A stretch of 60,433 nucleotides of DNA, the filler included. It is 9 parts of 9 records of this genome, joined end to end, with 100 filler letters (N's around TTAATTAATTAA, not from the genome) between each part and the next. Parts side by side here need not be neighbours in the genome. Positions count along the whole stretch, not along the records: positions 38,430 to 45,624 come from SRR31147125_63728; positions 45,725 to 53,860 come from SRR31147125_63874; 7 more parts are not named here. The stretch is one strand, 5' to 3'. Positions 41,383-52,071 of this stretch are shown here, in pieces. The translations under genes were made by a program, and so were the position numbers. Below the pieces are notes generated by a model that made no database searches, was not told the origin of the DNA, and was given only the letters and a program-made list of their open reading frames with translations. The stretch's first letter is position 1, and each line of letters begins with the position of its first letter.

Positions 41383-43593
41383 ATGTTTACACCTTTGTCA
41401 GGCACTCGATATGAAACTGTCTTTAGGAACTGGATTTTTAATGCGCTGATGATGATAGCCGTTTTTCTTTCAGGAAACAAGGTTACAGCAGGGGAATACA
41501 TCATACCTCCACTCGGTTCAACGGTGATTTTTCAAACAAACGGACCAAATGGCAATTTATCGGATGGAGACTGGTGGACCAACAGTGATCCGGATGCCGG
41601 TCAGCAATCGCATTTATTCGAGTTGTACGTTCCGTGCCAGGTAGATTCTGATTTTGTGATAGAGTTGGAGCTTTATGATCCCGAGTGTTTCCAAACCAGT
41701 AGTGAAATGGATGAAATCGGTGACGTGAGTTGGGATGATGCTACTTTTTTATTAATAGCCCCGGATAATGCTACTGTTGTAGCAGAGGAGACATACTCTC
41801 CTGTTGGAACCACTTCTGAAACCTGGAATGCTTTTACAAGTTTTACCGTACGCCAATATGGTTGTGGTGTATATCGACTCTATGTTTCCACAGCTGATGA
41901 TGACGGAAATGTCTACAAAATAAAGATTGTGGAATCGAATCCGGATGGATTGGTCAATACAGGAGATGAGATAACGATTGCGCCGCTTAAAACATCCTAT
42001 CAACCATTTATAGATGGTTGTGAACAATTCTGGTTTTATGTGCCGGACACGTCAGAGCTCAGAATATCAAATTTTGATATGGACCTGGCTGGTACAATTG
42101 ATTTTTTGGATGCTGATGATCAGTCGCTATCTGGAACAGCGTCAGGGAAAACAGTATGGAACAATAGTGAGACTGCTACCTTTCCTCCACCAGGTGGTGA
42201 TGTTTATGCCAATCCGGCTACAGGCTGGTGGCAGGCAGAGGTGTGTGTGGATTCTTCAAATCAGTATCTTTTCTATCCTGAAAATTCTGTTATCATGGGT
42301 ACGGCGCCTGACTATCCGGATGTACAGGTAGCCCTTAGTAACGGCGTTGATACGGTTTATACGGAGGAAAATACGGTTTTTACCATTGTTGCAGAGAACA
42401 CAGGTACCGGCCCGGCTATGAACGTGATCCTGATCGATACCTTACCTTCCCAAACGTCTTTTGTGCAGGCGACAGGTTCCTATACCAAAACAACACCCGC
42501 TCCTTTTACAGTCGTGACGTGGACGATAGACGTGCTCACACCAGGAGAACAAGATACGGTGTTATTGACTTTGAATGTGAATTCAGATGCGTCCGGAGTT
42601 GTGACAAATATTATCTTTCCAGAATATCAGGATATCTTTTTCAACGATTATTCACTACTGCGGATCTCTGATGGGGATGTCGTTGTTTCAACCGGATCCA
42701 TTGGTGATTATGTCTGGCTGGATGAAAACGCGGATGGTGTTCAGGATGGTGGTGAATCCGGTCTGGCAGATGTAATGCTTTACCTGGTTGATACGAACGG
42801 CGATACCATCGATTCTGAAACGACCGATACGAATGGCGCTTATTTATTCCAACCCGTTCGATCAGGACAATATACAGTGCATGTGAATGAATCCACATTA
42901 CCAGCAGAGGCTGCTTTAACTACAGGTGTACATCCCATTGGCGTTACGCTGGCAGAGGGAGAGGATTTTATAGCAGCTGATTTTGGTTATAACGCGGTTT
43001 TAATTCCTGTGGAATTGACCTCTTTTGTGGCTCAGCCTTTGTCAAACAAAGTCGTATTGACCTGGATTACCCGTAGTGAAACGGAAAACCTGGGCTTTAA
43101 TATCTTTCGCAGTGAAAATCAGGATGAAGATTATACCAAGATTAATAAAGAGTTGATTGTTGGGGCCGGATCAACTCAAAAAGGTGAAACCTATCGCTTT
43201 GAAGATGAACATGTCGAAAGTCAAAAGACCTATTACTATCTTTTGGAGGACGTAAGCCAGTCGGGTGTTGTGGGAAAACATGGACCGATTGCTGTGACAA
43301 CAGCTGCCGTACCTAATGAATATGCTCTGCGGCAAAACTATCCTAATCCCTTTAATCCGGAAACGACCATTGGTTACAGTATAAAGGAAGAGTCCGAGGT
43401 TACCCTGTCTGTTTATAACCTCCTGGGACAAAAAGTGCGCACCCTTGTTTCCGGGCATGTGCAAGCAGGAGTCTATAATGCTATTTGGAGGGGCCGTCAT
43501 GATAACGGTTCACTATTACCCAGTGGTGTTTATATTTATGAGCTTGCTGTACCGGGATTGACATTGCGGAAACGACTGGTGTATATGCGGTAA
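41383..43593 (+). CDS. Secreted multidomain protein: unknown N-domain, DUF11, SdrD-B-like, FlgD-Ig/Por-like tail
   Basis: NTGTGPA.NV...DTLP (DUF11), IGDYVWLDENADGVQD.GE.GL (SdrD B), PVELTSF and QNYPNPFNPETTI motifs. Confidence 0.8.
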   Translation: MFTPLSGTRYETVFRNWIFNALMMIAVFLSGNKVTAGEYIIPPLGSTVIFQTNGPNGNLSDGDWWTNSDPDAGQQSHLFELYVPCQVDSDFVIELELYDPECFQTSSEMDEIGDVSWDDATFLLIAPDNATVVAEETYSPVGTTSETWNAFTSFTVRQYGCGVYRLYVSTADDDGNVYKIKIVESNPDGLVNTGDEITIAPLKTSYQPFIDGCEQFWFYVPDTSELRISNFDMDLAGTIDFLDADDQSLSGTASGKTVWNNSETATFPPPGGDVYANPATGWWQAEVCVDSSNQYLFYPENSVIMGTAPDYPDVQVALSNGVDTVYTEENTVFTIVAENTGTGPAMNVILIDTLPSQTSFVQATGSYTKTTPAPFTVVTWTIDVLTPGEQDTVLLTLNVNSDASGVVTNIIFPEYQDIFFNDYSLLRISDGDVVVSTGSIGDYVWLDENADGVQDGGESGLADVMLYLVDTNGDTIDSETTDTNGAYLFQPVRSGQYTVHVNESTLPAEAALTTGVHPIGVTLAEGEDFIAADFGYNAVLIPVELTSFVAQPLSNKVVLTWITRSETENLGFNIFRSENQDEDYTKINKELIVGAGSTQKGETYRFEDEHVESQKTYYYLLEDVSQSGVVGKHGPIAVTTAAVPNEYALRQNYPNPFNPETTIGYSIKEESEVTLSVYNLLGQKVRTLVSGHVQAGVYNAIWRGRHDNGSLLPSGVYIYELAVPGLTLRKRLVYMR

Positions 43594-43600
43594 GGGATAA

Positions 43601-43866
43601 TTTTGGAGTGCAATGACTGTGTCATTGCACTCCAAAAGGTGCTATTTATATGAGTTCTCCGGGGACGGGCGATAAATACGGCGCTTCTACTTCTATAAGA
43701 TCGTTAACAAGGAACAAGGAGCTTTAGCTCCTTGCTGCTGGAATGTTATGAGGATTCGTCTGGCGTGAAATCCGGAATAGCCAATTGGACCGTTTTTTAT
43801 CCACTAACCTGTATTATCCTTCGCATTAAACATGAAAGGCAATGACACAGTCATTGCACTCCAAAA
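43601..43866. repeat. REP/MITE-like element bounded by perfect 28-bp inverted repeats
   Basis: TTTTGGAGTGCAATGACTGTGTCATTGC (43601-43628) and its exact reverse complement (43839-43866). The left end also forms a 17-bp palindrome to 43637; internal hairpin CAAGGAGCTTTAGCTCCTTG at 43715-43734. Confidence 0.75.
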
Positions 43867-43869
43867 GGG

Positions 43870-43893
43870 AAAAGCCCGGGCATGACCCGGGCT
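43870..43893 (-). terminator. Intrinsic terminator of the POT transporter gene
   Basis: AGCCCGGG-tcatg-CCCGGGC-TTTT on the minus strand just after the stop. Confidence 0.65.
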
Positions 43894-43905
43894 ATCAGAT
43901 ATATT

Positions 43906-45255
43906 CTATTCATTTCCTACCAATGTTGCTTGTATTTCTGTTTGCAGATCCTCTTTAATATCCTCGGCGCCGTGAGTGAGGGTTTTTAATTTTTTGAAAA
44001 AGACGAGCAACAGAGCGCCAATAGCGGCACAAAAGACAAAGATGCCGGTAAATACTTCAAGTTCGCCGGCGTGTGTGGCCAGTTCGCCAACGAGACCTGC
44101 GAGTTTGTTGCCCAGACCAGTGGCGGCAAAATAGATACCCATCATGATACCACCATATCGTATTGGTGCCAGTTTTGTAATGAACGAGAGTGCTACAGGA
44201 GAAATGGAAAGCTCACCAATAACCTGCAGTAAATAGGAACCAATAAGCCAGATTAACATGGCTTTGCTGCCATCTATGGTTTGTAGTGCCGCACCGGACA
44301 TTAAGAGAAATCCTGTTCCCATCACCATCGTTCCTATAGCCATTTTAAACAGAGAAGAGGATTCCTTGCCTTTTCTTTGCCGTTTCGCCCAGAAGGCGGC
44401 TACGATTGTGCCGAAAATGATGACAAATATGGCGGGTACGGATTGAAACAGACTGGCAGGAATTTCCCATCCCAATACAACTCGATTTATTCTTTCTTGT
44501 GTATAAATATTCATAAGGCCACCTGCCTGTTCATAAGCACCCCAGAAGACAATTACAATCAGGAATGAAATGAGCAAGACGACAATACGATCTTTTTCGA
44601 TTTTTGTTAACGGTGTTCTGGTTTTGGATCCAGCTACTTTTGGGGTTACCACCAAATTACCGACTGTTTTCAGGTGTTTCTGGCCATACATATAAACGGT
44701 CAGTCCTAATAACATCCCAACGCCGGCAAGACCAAAACCATAGTGCCAGCCATAGACCTCACCGATATAACCAACAAGGAGCGGTGCGATGGCAGCTCCT
44801 ATGTTTATACCAATGTAAAATATGGTAAATCCGCTATCCCGCATGCTGTCGCCTTCTTTGTATAATCCTCCCACCATAGTAGAGATATTGGGTTTCAGAC
44901 AGCCAACACCACAGATGATGATCATTAATCCGGCATAAAAAGAATAGATATTGTTTGCAGCCAGGCATAACTGGCCTGTAGCGATCAAAAGACCGCCTAT
45001 AAAGACGGTTTTTTTCTGTCCCAGTAATTTGTCGGCAATGATCCCTCCGGGGATGGACATGACATAGACAAGCATGGTATACCAGCCATAAAGTACCAGC
45101 GCGTCTGCACTTGTCCAACCAAGGCCGGGATTTTTGCCCGCGGTTTCTTTGATGAGGTAGAGCACAAGGATGGCACGCATGCCGTAAAAACTAAATCGTT
45201 CCCACATTTCTGTAAAAAACAGAATCGGCAGTCCTTTTGGATGACGTTTCTTCAT
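43906..45255 (-). CDS. POT/PTR family di-/tripeptide:H+ symporter
   Basis: EMWERFSFYGM (ExxERFxYY-like), FTIFYIGINIGA and GELSISP motifs. Confidence 0.93.
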   Translation of the reverse strand: MKKRHPKGLPILFFTEMWERFSFYGMRAILVLYLIKETAGKNPGLGWTSADALVLYGWYTMLVYVMSIPGGIIADKLLGQKKTVFIGGLLIATGQLCLAANNIYSFYAGLMIIICGVGCLKPNISTMVGGLYKEGDSMRDSGFTIFYIGINIGAAIAPLLVGYIGEVYGWHYGFGLAGVGMLLGLTVYMYGQKHLKTVGNLVVTPKVAGSKTRTPLTKIEKDRIVVLLISFLIVIVFWGAYEQAGGLMNIYTQERINRVVLGWEIPASLFQSVPAIFVIIFGTIVAAFWAKRQRKGKESSSLFKMAIGTMVMGTGFLLMSGAALQTIDGSKAMLIWLIGSYLLQVIGELSISPVALSFITKLAPIRYGGIMMGIYFAATGLGNKLAGLVGELATHAGELEVFTGIFVFCAAIGALLLVFFKKLKTLTHGAEDIKEDLQTEIQATLVGNE

Positions 45256-45571
45256 TAATATCTCCCTGTTTCCGTGGTATATGAGTTACTATCAAAACGT
45301 TAAGATAAAAATTCTTTATATTAAATTCTACTATTATTGTTCCATGTAAAAGTGTGGTTAGGTATTTTATTATTGGAAAGGTGATATTGAATGTTTTTTA
45401 GAAGCGAATAATTAAAGCATATTTTTAAACTTGAAATAATATATATCATGCACAATATTGTAACTTGATGATATTAAAGAAATTAAAAAATAATCATATT
45501 CTAAATTTTTATAAAAATCAAATAATTAACAAGCCAGGCACCCATAAAATTGAGTGCCTGGCCATATGATA

Positions 45572-45624
45572 CTATCGCATTAAAACCATCTTGTTTGTGA
45601 TAACCTTGTCCTTAAACTGTAATT
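45572..45624 (-). CDS. Last codons of a FlgD-Ig/Por-tail protein (truncated)
   Basis: ...LQFKDKVITNKMVLMR*, followed by a GCCAGGCAC/GTGCCTGGC hairpin at 45533-45562. Confidence 0.5.
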
Positions 45625-45724
45625 NNNNNNNNNNNNNNNNNNNNNNNNNNNNNNNNNNNNNNNNNNNNTTAATTAATTAANNNNNNNNNNNNNNNNNNNN
45701 NNNNNNNNNNNNNNNNNNNNNNNN
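45625..45724. other. Artificial contig linker
   Basis: N44-TTAATTAATTAA-N44. Confidence 0.97.
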
Positions 45725-47191
45725 GCCGCCAATGCCCGCGCCGTCATTGTCATATCCCGCAGCATACACAGTACCGCCATCTATTTTAATCGTACCACCA
45801 TCGCCGTTCGCGCCGCCGCCGATGCCTGCGCCGTTCTCTCCGCCGTTTGCCGTGACATTCGCGCTCCCAGATATCGTGATGGTGCCACCGTCGGCCCCTT
45901 TGCCGCCACCGATGGCCGCACCGTCAAGACCGCCCGTCGCGTCCACCGCTCCGCCTGTTATCGCGATTGTGCCGCTATCACCATCCCAGCCGCTGCCGAT
46001 GCCTGCACCGTGATCGGCCCCTATCGCTGTAATATCGCCGCCTGATATCGTGATGTCGCCGCCGCCGCCGTCATCTCCGCCACCAATGCCCGCGCCGCCA
46101 CTGTCATAACCCGCAGCATACACGGTACCGCCTTCTATCCTAATCGTACCGCCATCGCCTTCTTCACCGCCGCCAATGCCTGCGCCGTGCTCGCCAGCTG
46201 TTGCCGTCACATCCGTGCTCCCCGATATCGTGATGTCGCCGCCGTTACCACTAGCCCCGCCGCCGATACCAGCTGAGCGTGTCCCGCCGGTCGCCGTCAC
46301 ATCCGCGCTCCCTGATATCGTAATGTTACCGCCGTTACCACCGGCCCCGCCGCCGATTCCAGCGCCGTAAAAGCCGCTACCCTCGAAACCAGCAATTACG
46401 ATACCGCCTTCTATTTTAATTGTACCGCCGCTGCCACTCCAGCCGCCGCCAATACCGGCTGCCAGGACGCCGCTCGTTGCCGTCACGTCCGCGCTTCCTG
46501 ATATCGTGATGCTGCCGCCGTCGCCCATATGTCCGCCGCCGATACCTGCGCCGTTTTCTCCGCCGGTTGCTATGACCGTACCGCCCGATATCGTAATAGC
46601 ACCGCCGTCGTCACATTCGAATCCGCCACCGATACCCGCGCCATATTTACCGCCGGTTGCGGTAACGGCGCCGCTTTCAATCGTCATGCTGCCGCCGCTT
46701 TCCCTATACCCGCCGCCAATGCCCGCGCCATCCTCGCCTCCGGTTGCCGACAGACTTCCGTCACCCGAAATAGTCAGCGCCACACCGCTTTCCACGCTGA
46801 TGGCGGGTTGGCCCTCCGCCGCAGCCAGCGTATTAACGCCGGTCAGAACAAGCGCATTGCCCGTTCCTGTAAATGTAATGGGACAATAATCGTCGGTGGA
46901 GTTGGTAATCATAACCCCATCCAGCGTCACGCTGACGCCTGCCCCGCAGGAAATACGTATATCGGTATTGCTGCCGGTGACTGTTACGCCGACACTGTCA
47001 GGAATGCTTATGATATCTCCTCCCGATATCGTCAGCGTTACTGTGGTGCTGTCGGCGTGCGTCACCACTCCCGTTGACAGATCCAGCCTATCACCGTCCG
47101 TCAGGGTATGCTCCGCCGCTAAAGCGCTGCCAGGCAATAACAGAAAAGCCATCGCTACAACAGCCAACAATATAAATACAATCTTTTTCAT
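45725..47191 (-). CDS. Secreted Gly-rich repeat protein (GAGIGGG..GGxITISG repeats, probable beta-helix), 3' truncated
   Basis: Signal peptide ending ALA; about 12 tandem ~29-31-aa repeats. Confidence 0.78.
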
Positions 47192-47304
47192 ATATACCCC
47201 CGTTTCAATATTCAATCATTTTCCTGTCTGTCTCGTATTCACTCAATGCAATTTGGCTCATAAATTACCAAAACATTATTCTGATGTTTCTTATACCATT
47301 GCTG

Positions 47305-47321
47305 TGTGAAGTCCCTGTGAA
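47305..47321 (-). promoter_or_regulatory. OmpR/PhoB-type direct-repeat box 1
   Basis: TTCACA-gggac-TTCACA, 9 nt, then TATAAG; upstream of the Gly-rich gene. Confidence 0.7.
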
Positions 47322-47394
47322 GTTCACTTCGCATTATTATCGGTAGTCCAATGCTATAGAATGTTCTGTAGCATTTCTGCGCGTAAGCAGGTAT

Positions 47395-47432
47395 AAAAAA
47401 CGGCCTGAAACCTTCGTTTCAAGCCGTTTGTT
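47395..47432. terminator. Terminator after the histidine kinase gene
   Basis: AAAAAACGGCCTGAAAC-cttc-GTTTCAAGCCGTTTG hairpin with a T6 tail on the minus strand. Confidence 0.65.
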
Positions 47433-47458
47433 GGAATAATCTTACAGATCGGTTCTCT

Positions 47459-48888
47459 TTATATGATAATCTCAAAACAATTGTATTGCGCTGTTGTATA
47501 AGCCCGGCAGCTGCCCTGATGCAGCTCAACAATACTTTTTACAATGGCGAGCCCCAAGCCATTACCGTTACGATCCGTATCCACCTGATAAAAGCTGTTC
47601 CAGATAAGCTCCAGATCTTTCTCGGGAATCAAGGGCCCCGTATTGGCGATCGTCATCTTTGTCCGGTCGGCCGTCTTCTCCAGCTCAATTTTGATGGTTC
47701 CGTTGTCGTCTACATATTTAAAAGCATTTCCAAGCAGATTGATAATAACCTGATTCATCCTGAGCCGATCGGCCACAATTTCAAACCGCGCTTTTCGATC
47801 ATAGTCAATATGAACATTCTTATCGTCCATAATATAACCGAAACGTTCGATGGCATTGTCAATGATCTCATTCAGATCAAACGTCTCTTTTTCAACCGTA
47901 AATGTCCCGGATTCATAACTGGAAAGGTCGAGAAGATTTTTAACAAGTTCGTTCATTCTGTTTGCTTCATCGACGATAATTTCATAATACTCTTTTTTAT
48001 CCGCATCGGTCCTCGGCACATTTTGCACAAGGCCGTCGGCATAGCCGAGAATCATGCTGATCGGATTTTTTAACTCGTGGGAAACATCGGACACAAATCT
48101 TCGGCGCATTTTTTCCAGGCTTTTTTCCTTTGACAGTTCCCGTTCCAGCTGTTTGTTGCTGGCGTTCAGGGCCTGGATCGTATTAGACAGCTCATCCGCC
48201 ATCTGGTTGACGCTTGCCATTAAATCGCCTATTTCATTGTGGCTGTTCACTTCCAGTTTTTCATCAAACTCCAGTTTTGCCATTTTATGCGTAATCCTTT
48301 TCATCTCGCTGATCGGTCGCGTCAGGCTGCCCGATATGAAGTATATGATCACAATCCCAACCAGGTAAATGATCACCGAGGTACCCATCATGAAGTTGAA
48401 AAACATCTTAGACGCTTCTGCCACCAGCCCCATCGCTTTGGTAATGACTAAAAGCATCCCATCTTTCGTTACAACAGCGTATACAAGCCTTTGGTCTTCC
48501 AAATCTCCAGTGCCCAATACTTCAAAATAGCCTTTTTCCCCGCTGGCCACAGCCTCATCATATATGAACTTTCCTTTATCCATATCAAAAGGAAGCCTTT
48601 CCGACTGACTGTCATCGGCACTCATTAACTGCAGGTCCTCTGTAAAAACGAAAAGCTGTCCCCCCGTGTTTTTTTGCAGTTCTTTGGCCAGAATTGCTCT
48701 GTTTGCCGGATTTCTGTTCAGCAAAAACCTTTCTGCTTCTTCGTGCATATTATCCCTGTTTGTATGCGCGTAAAAATCCACTAAAAAATCCTGTTGACCA
48801 AAAGAAGGGCCGCCAGCAGTATTAAGAACGTTACAGAAAATATAAGCAAAATTTTATTGCGAATCGTTTTCGTCTTTATCAAGTTCAA
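47459..48888 (-). CDS. HAMP-domain sensor histidine kinase; one homopolymer frameshift near 48785
   Basis: FVSDVSHELKNP, NLLGNAFKY and GNGLGLAIV motifs. First TM helix is encoded upstream in another frame overlapping the regulator's end; start approximate. Confidence 0.88.
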
Positions 48889-49540
48889 GCTTATACCCTA
48901 CTCCTCTCACTGTTTTAATAAGGCCGCTGTATTCATCAAGTTTAGCCCTCAAGGTTTTTACATGCGTATCGACCGTTCTTGGGTCACCGTAATAATCGTA
49001 CCCCCACAAACGATCCAGGAGCTTCGTCCGGTCCATCGTCAGGTTCTTGTTTTTTATTAAGTATTCCAGCAGCTCGAATTCTTTAAGTGTCAGGCCCTTG
49101 TCAGTATCGCCGATCCTGACTTCACGGTTCGTAAAATCTATGGACAAATTCCTGTACGTCATCACGTCGGATAGGTTCTTTTGGTTTTTACGAATACAGG
49201 ATTTAACTCTTGCCATAAAAACACTGTAATTAAATGGTTTAGTAATGTAATCATCCGCGCCCAGCTCCAAGCCTTTGACTTCGTCGTAGCTTTCATCCAA
49301 AGCGGTGAGAAAGATCACAGGCGCGTCCGTTATCGACCGAATCTCTTTTATTGTTTCGAAACCGTCCATTTTCGGCATGCGTATATCCAGCAAAATCAGG
49401 CCAACATCTTTATGCTTAACGAGCTGTTCTATACCGTCTTCACCATCTGCGCCTTCAACGACTTCGTATCCTTCATTTTTTAGATAATCCCCGATAATTC
49501 TTCGGACATTTTTTTCATCATCAATCACCAATATCTTCAT
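48854..49540 (-). CDS. OmpR/PhoB family response regulator
   Basis: LLDIRMP, GADDYITKPF, RTVDTHVKTLRAKL and TVRGVGY motifs. Confidence 0.94.
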   Translation of the reverse strand: MKILVIDDEKNVRRIIGDYLKNEGYEVVEGADGEDGIEQLVKHKDVGLILLDIRMPKMDGFETIKEIRSITDAPVIFLTALDESYDEVKGLELGADDYITKPFNYSVFMARVKSCIRKNQKNLSDVMTYRNLSIDFTNREVRIGDTDKGLTLKEFELLEYLIKNKNLTMDRTKLLDRLWGYDYYGDPRTVDTHVKTLRAKLDEYSGLIKTVRGVGYKLELDKDENDSQ

Positions 49541-49598
49541 AACGCACCTCGAATTATATTCAGCTCATTATGGGTAATTTCAATATGAATGCGCGCAT

Positions 49599-49630
49599 GC
49601 AGGGTTTTGATTTGAAAATCAAAACCCTGC
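49599..49630. terminator. Hairpin between the DUF1566 and response regulator genes
   Basis: 15-bp stem GCAGGGTTTTGATTT / AAATCAAAACCCTGC with no clear U tail. Confidence 0.5.
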
Positions 49631-49661
49631 GCTATTTAGTTAAATAAATATATCATATTTT

Positions 49662-51053
49662 TTACTCATCAATCACTCGGACGGCCCTGACGTAATTAAA
49701 TACAACTCTTACATCTCCCTGCGGCCCTTGACCCGATATGGGATAGTCCGACGCATCGCCGGTTTTTGGGTCACTTCTCTGGGCGCCCGCGCCGTGGACG
49801 TCCATAATGGATCCGCTCATCTCGCCCAAAGCCTCTCCAAATGCTATATATACGGCATTCTCGCCCATGATCCGCCCATCCAGATGTGTCGTCGAGGTCC
49901 AGTAATACGGGTAATCCAATAATCCGGCGATCGTTTCTATCTCCGTTACATAAAAAAGCGGGTCGATAGAGGCGGAATCCGTTGTATCGGGAGACCTTGA
50001 GTAATCCACGATGCTTTGCAGTTCCTTCGCGTCGGGCAGCTTCCAGTCGTCATAACCGGCATATTCAAGGTTCTCCGCCCAGCTTAGCGCATCATCCCAG
50101 TCCATAGCACCGTCATTTCCTTCAAAATAACCGCTGTCATAGACCATCCACATAAGCCCCGTGGACAGGTCTGTGATCGTACCGTCGCCATTGTCCACAA
50201 AATTGTTCAGGCCATAGGTCCCGTCACCGCGGACCAGCATGACATAAAATTCTTTGTCAATCGGATATCCTTTAATCCGCCCGTCGGCGAAGTTAACGCC
50301 GAACATTGTCGTATTCCCATTCATTGTATCTGATTCATAAATGGTGCTTGTGGCATATTGCGAATCAATTACGCGTTCGCCTGTTACATCTCCGAAATTG
50401 AACACGAAATAATCGGTATCAATATAGGGTATTTCTTCCGTTACGCCGGAGAAGGCAATCAGTGAATAGAGCTCTTTGATGGTGGGCAGACGCCAATCCG
50501 TATATCCCGCCAGTTCAAAATCCTCCAGCATTTCAACAGCCTGGGTCCAGGTCATTTTTTCACCGGGGTCCTGCTGCCACATCAGCCCTGTTACGTTATC
50601 CGTCACCGTACCGTCGCCGTTATCGGTGTAGCTAGCTTCATTTGTCTCATAATGAGCGTCCTGACCGTAGAAGGGCTCTCCTTCACCCGGCTCGTTTATA
50701 ATGGAATTGTTTGAATAAAACGCTGTCGTTCCCGTATCTACTATGGGATAATTACCGACCAGAGACGACGTGTCAACGTCCGCAACCAGTTGATCTTCAA
50801 TCGCATTGGCTTCTTCAACGGATATAGACGAATGAGTCGGTGATTTGCCGGTCTGAGTGTCTTGCACTGATCTTTGCGGGTTATTTGAATTTGGCGTTTC
50901 TTCCGGCGTATTGTCGGAAGAGATGGTTACCTCTTCCTGTGTACTGGCGGGGGACGCCGTTTCCGCTTCCCGCGGAACCGAGGCACAGCCGCCAAGCAAC
51001 AATAATATTAAGAATAAAACTAAAACTTTTCCTTTAAACTTACGCCCTTTCAT
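49662..51053 (-). CDS. Lipoprotein with two DUF1566 (Lcl C-terminal) domains
   Basis: Lipobox LGGC; DNGDGTVTD..TGLMW, DWRLPTIKEL and VRAVR motifs, repeated twice. Confidence 0.85.
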   Translation of the reverse strand: MKGRKFKGKVLVLFLILLLLGGCASVPREAETASPASTQEEVTISSDNTPEETPNSNNPQRSVQDTQTGKSPTHSSISVEEANAIEDQLVADVDTSSLVGNYPIVDTGTTAFYSNNSIINEPGEGEPFYGQDAHYETNEASYTDNGDGTVTDNVTGLMWQQDPGEKMTWTQAVEMLEDFELAGYTDWRLPTIKELYSLIAFSGVTEEIPYIDTDYFVFNFGDVTGERVIDSQYATSTIYESDTMNGNTTMFGVNFADGRIKGYPIDKEFYVMLVRGDGTYGLNNFVDNGDGTITDLSTGLMWMVYDSGYFEGNDGAMDWDDALSWAENLEYAGYDDWKLPDAKELQSIVDYSRSPDTTDSASIDPLFYVTEIETIAGLLDYPYYWTSTTHLDGRIMGENAVYIAFGEALGEMSGSIMDVHGAGAQRSDPKTGDASDYPISGQGPQGDVRVVFNYVRAVRVIDE

Positions 51054-51847
51054 TATATCACTCTTTCATATATGGATTTCATAGTTCTTTCTTCAAACAC
51101 TACAGATTTATTCTTGCCGGTCTTTTTAGCCGTTGACAGCGCCGCATCGGCTTTGCAAAGCAGCTGCTCCGAACTGATATACCGGTCGTGATTATAGGCC
51201 GCCATGCCGAAACTGGCCGTTATCTTGGGTCCGCCACGGATGCATGAGAACTTTTTAGTTTGAACGATCCCTCTGATTCGCTCGATAACTTCTCTTCCAT
51301 CCGCAATCGATGTGTCCGGAAGGATAATGATAAACTCTTCTCCGCCGTACCTTCCAATCATGTCTTCCGGTCTTAAATTTCTGGAGATTTCCTGCGCTAC
51401 CGCTTTCAGTATTTCATCACCGGCCTGGTGTCCATAGCGATCATTAACGGTCTTAAAATCATCAATATCGAGTATTGTTATGATCATATCCTTATGTCTT
51501 CGAATGCAATTTCTTAGCTCTTTACACATGTAATCCATGATAAATTGCCTTGAATAAACTTGTGTCAAAGCGTCAAAGGCGCACATGGTGTGCAGCTTCT
51601 CGTTTTGCTGCTTTAAAAAATCATTATTCTCCCTGAGAACATCTCTGTCCCGCATTAATTCCCTGTTTTCTTCGTTGTATTTTTTCAGCAGCCTTGCAGA
51701 CATATCCATAAGCTTTTTATATCTTTGTGATAAAAACATATATCTTTTTTTAAAACTCATGTTTTTAAATTCATCCGGTATTTCATGTTCAATTAAGTAA
51801 TTGAACTCCTTAATAAAAAGCTTTTCAAGTTGTTTCGTTATCGTCAT
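51053..51847 (-). CDS. Diguanylate cyclase (GGDEF) with coiled-coil N-terminus
   Basis: DIDDFKTVNDRYGH, RPED I-site and GGEEF; stop overlaps the DUF1566 start. Confidence 0.88.
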   Translation of the reverse strand: MTITKQLEKLFIKEFNYLIEHEIPDEFKNMSFKKRYMFLSQRYKKLMDMSARLLKKYNEENRELMRDRDVLRENNDFLKQQNEKLHTMCAFDALTQVYSRQFIMDYMCKELRNCIRRHKDMIITILDIDDFKTVNDRYGHQAGDEILKAVAQEISRNLRPEDMIGRYGGEEFIIILPDTSIADGREVIERIRGIVQTKKFSCIRGGPKITASFGMAAYNHDRYISSEQLLCKADAALSTAKKTGKNKSVVFEERTMKSIYERVI

Positions 51848-51891
51848 ATCAATATCCTCATCATTGATTTAAGTACATTTTAGACGGTGTT

Positions 51892-51908
51892 TGTGAAGTC
51901 TTTGTGAA
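51892..51908 (-). promoter_or_regulatory. OmpR/PhoB-type direct-repeat box 2
   Basis: TTCACA-aagac-TTCACA, 9 nt, then TAAAAT; upstream of the GGDEF gene. Confidence 0.72.
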
Positions 51909-52022
51909 ATGACCGGGCCATATTGATTTTGTTTTTATTCATATCAAGGCACACAAGGTGACATATTTTGTGTTCTGCAGTTTTTCTGTCATTTTCTGTT
52001 GTCAGCACGCTGCAATACATAA

Positions 52023-52056
52023 CAGCGGTCTGGGGAAATGATCCGCCAGACCGCTG
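52023..52056 (-). terminator. Hairpin after the arylsulfotransferase gene
   Basis: CAGCGGTCTGG...CCAGACCGCTG inverted repeat. Confidence 0.55.
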
Positions 52057-52071
52057 CTTCTGCCAAGCGTT

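Noticed and set aside
45725-46760. CRISPR array or DNA-level tandem repeat
   Set aside because: The ~90-nt periodicity is degenerate at codon third positions and encodes Gly-rich protein repeats. No constant repeat with unique spacers and no cas genes were seen in the window.
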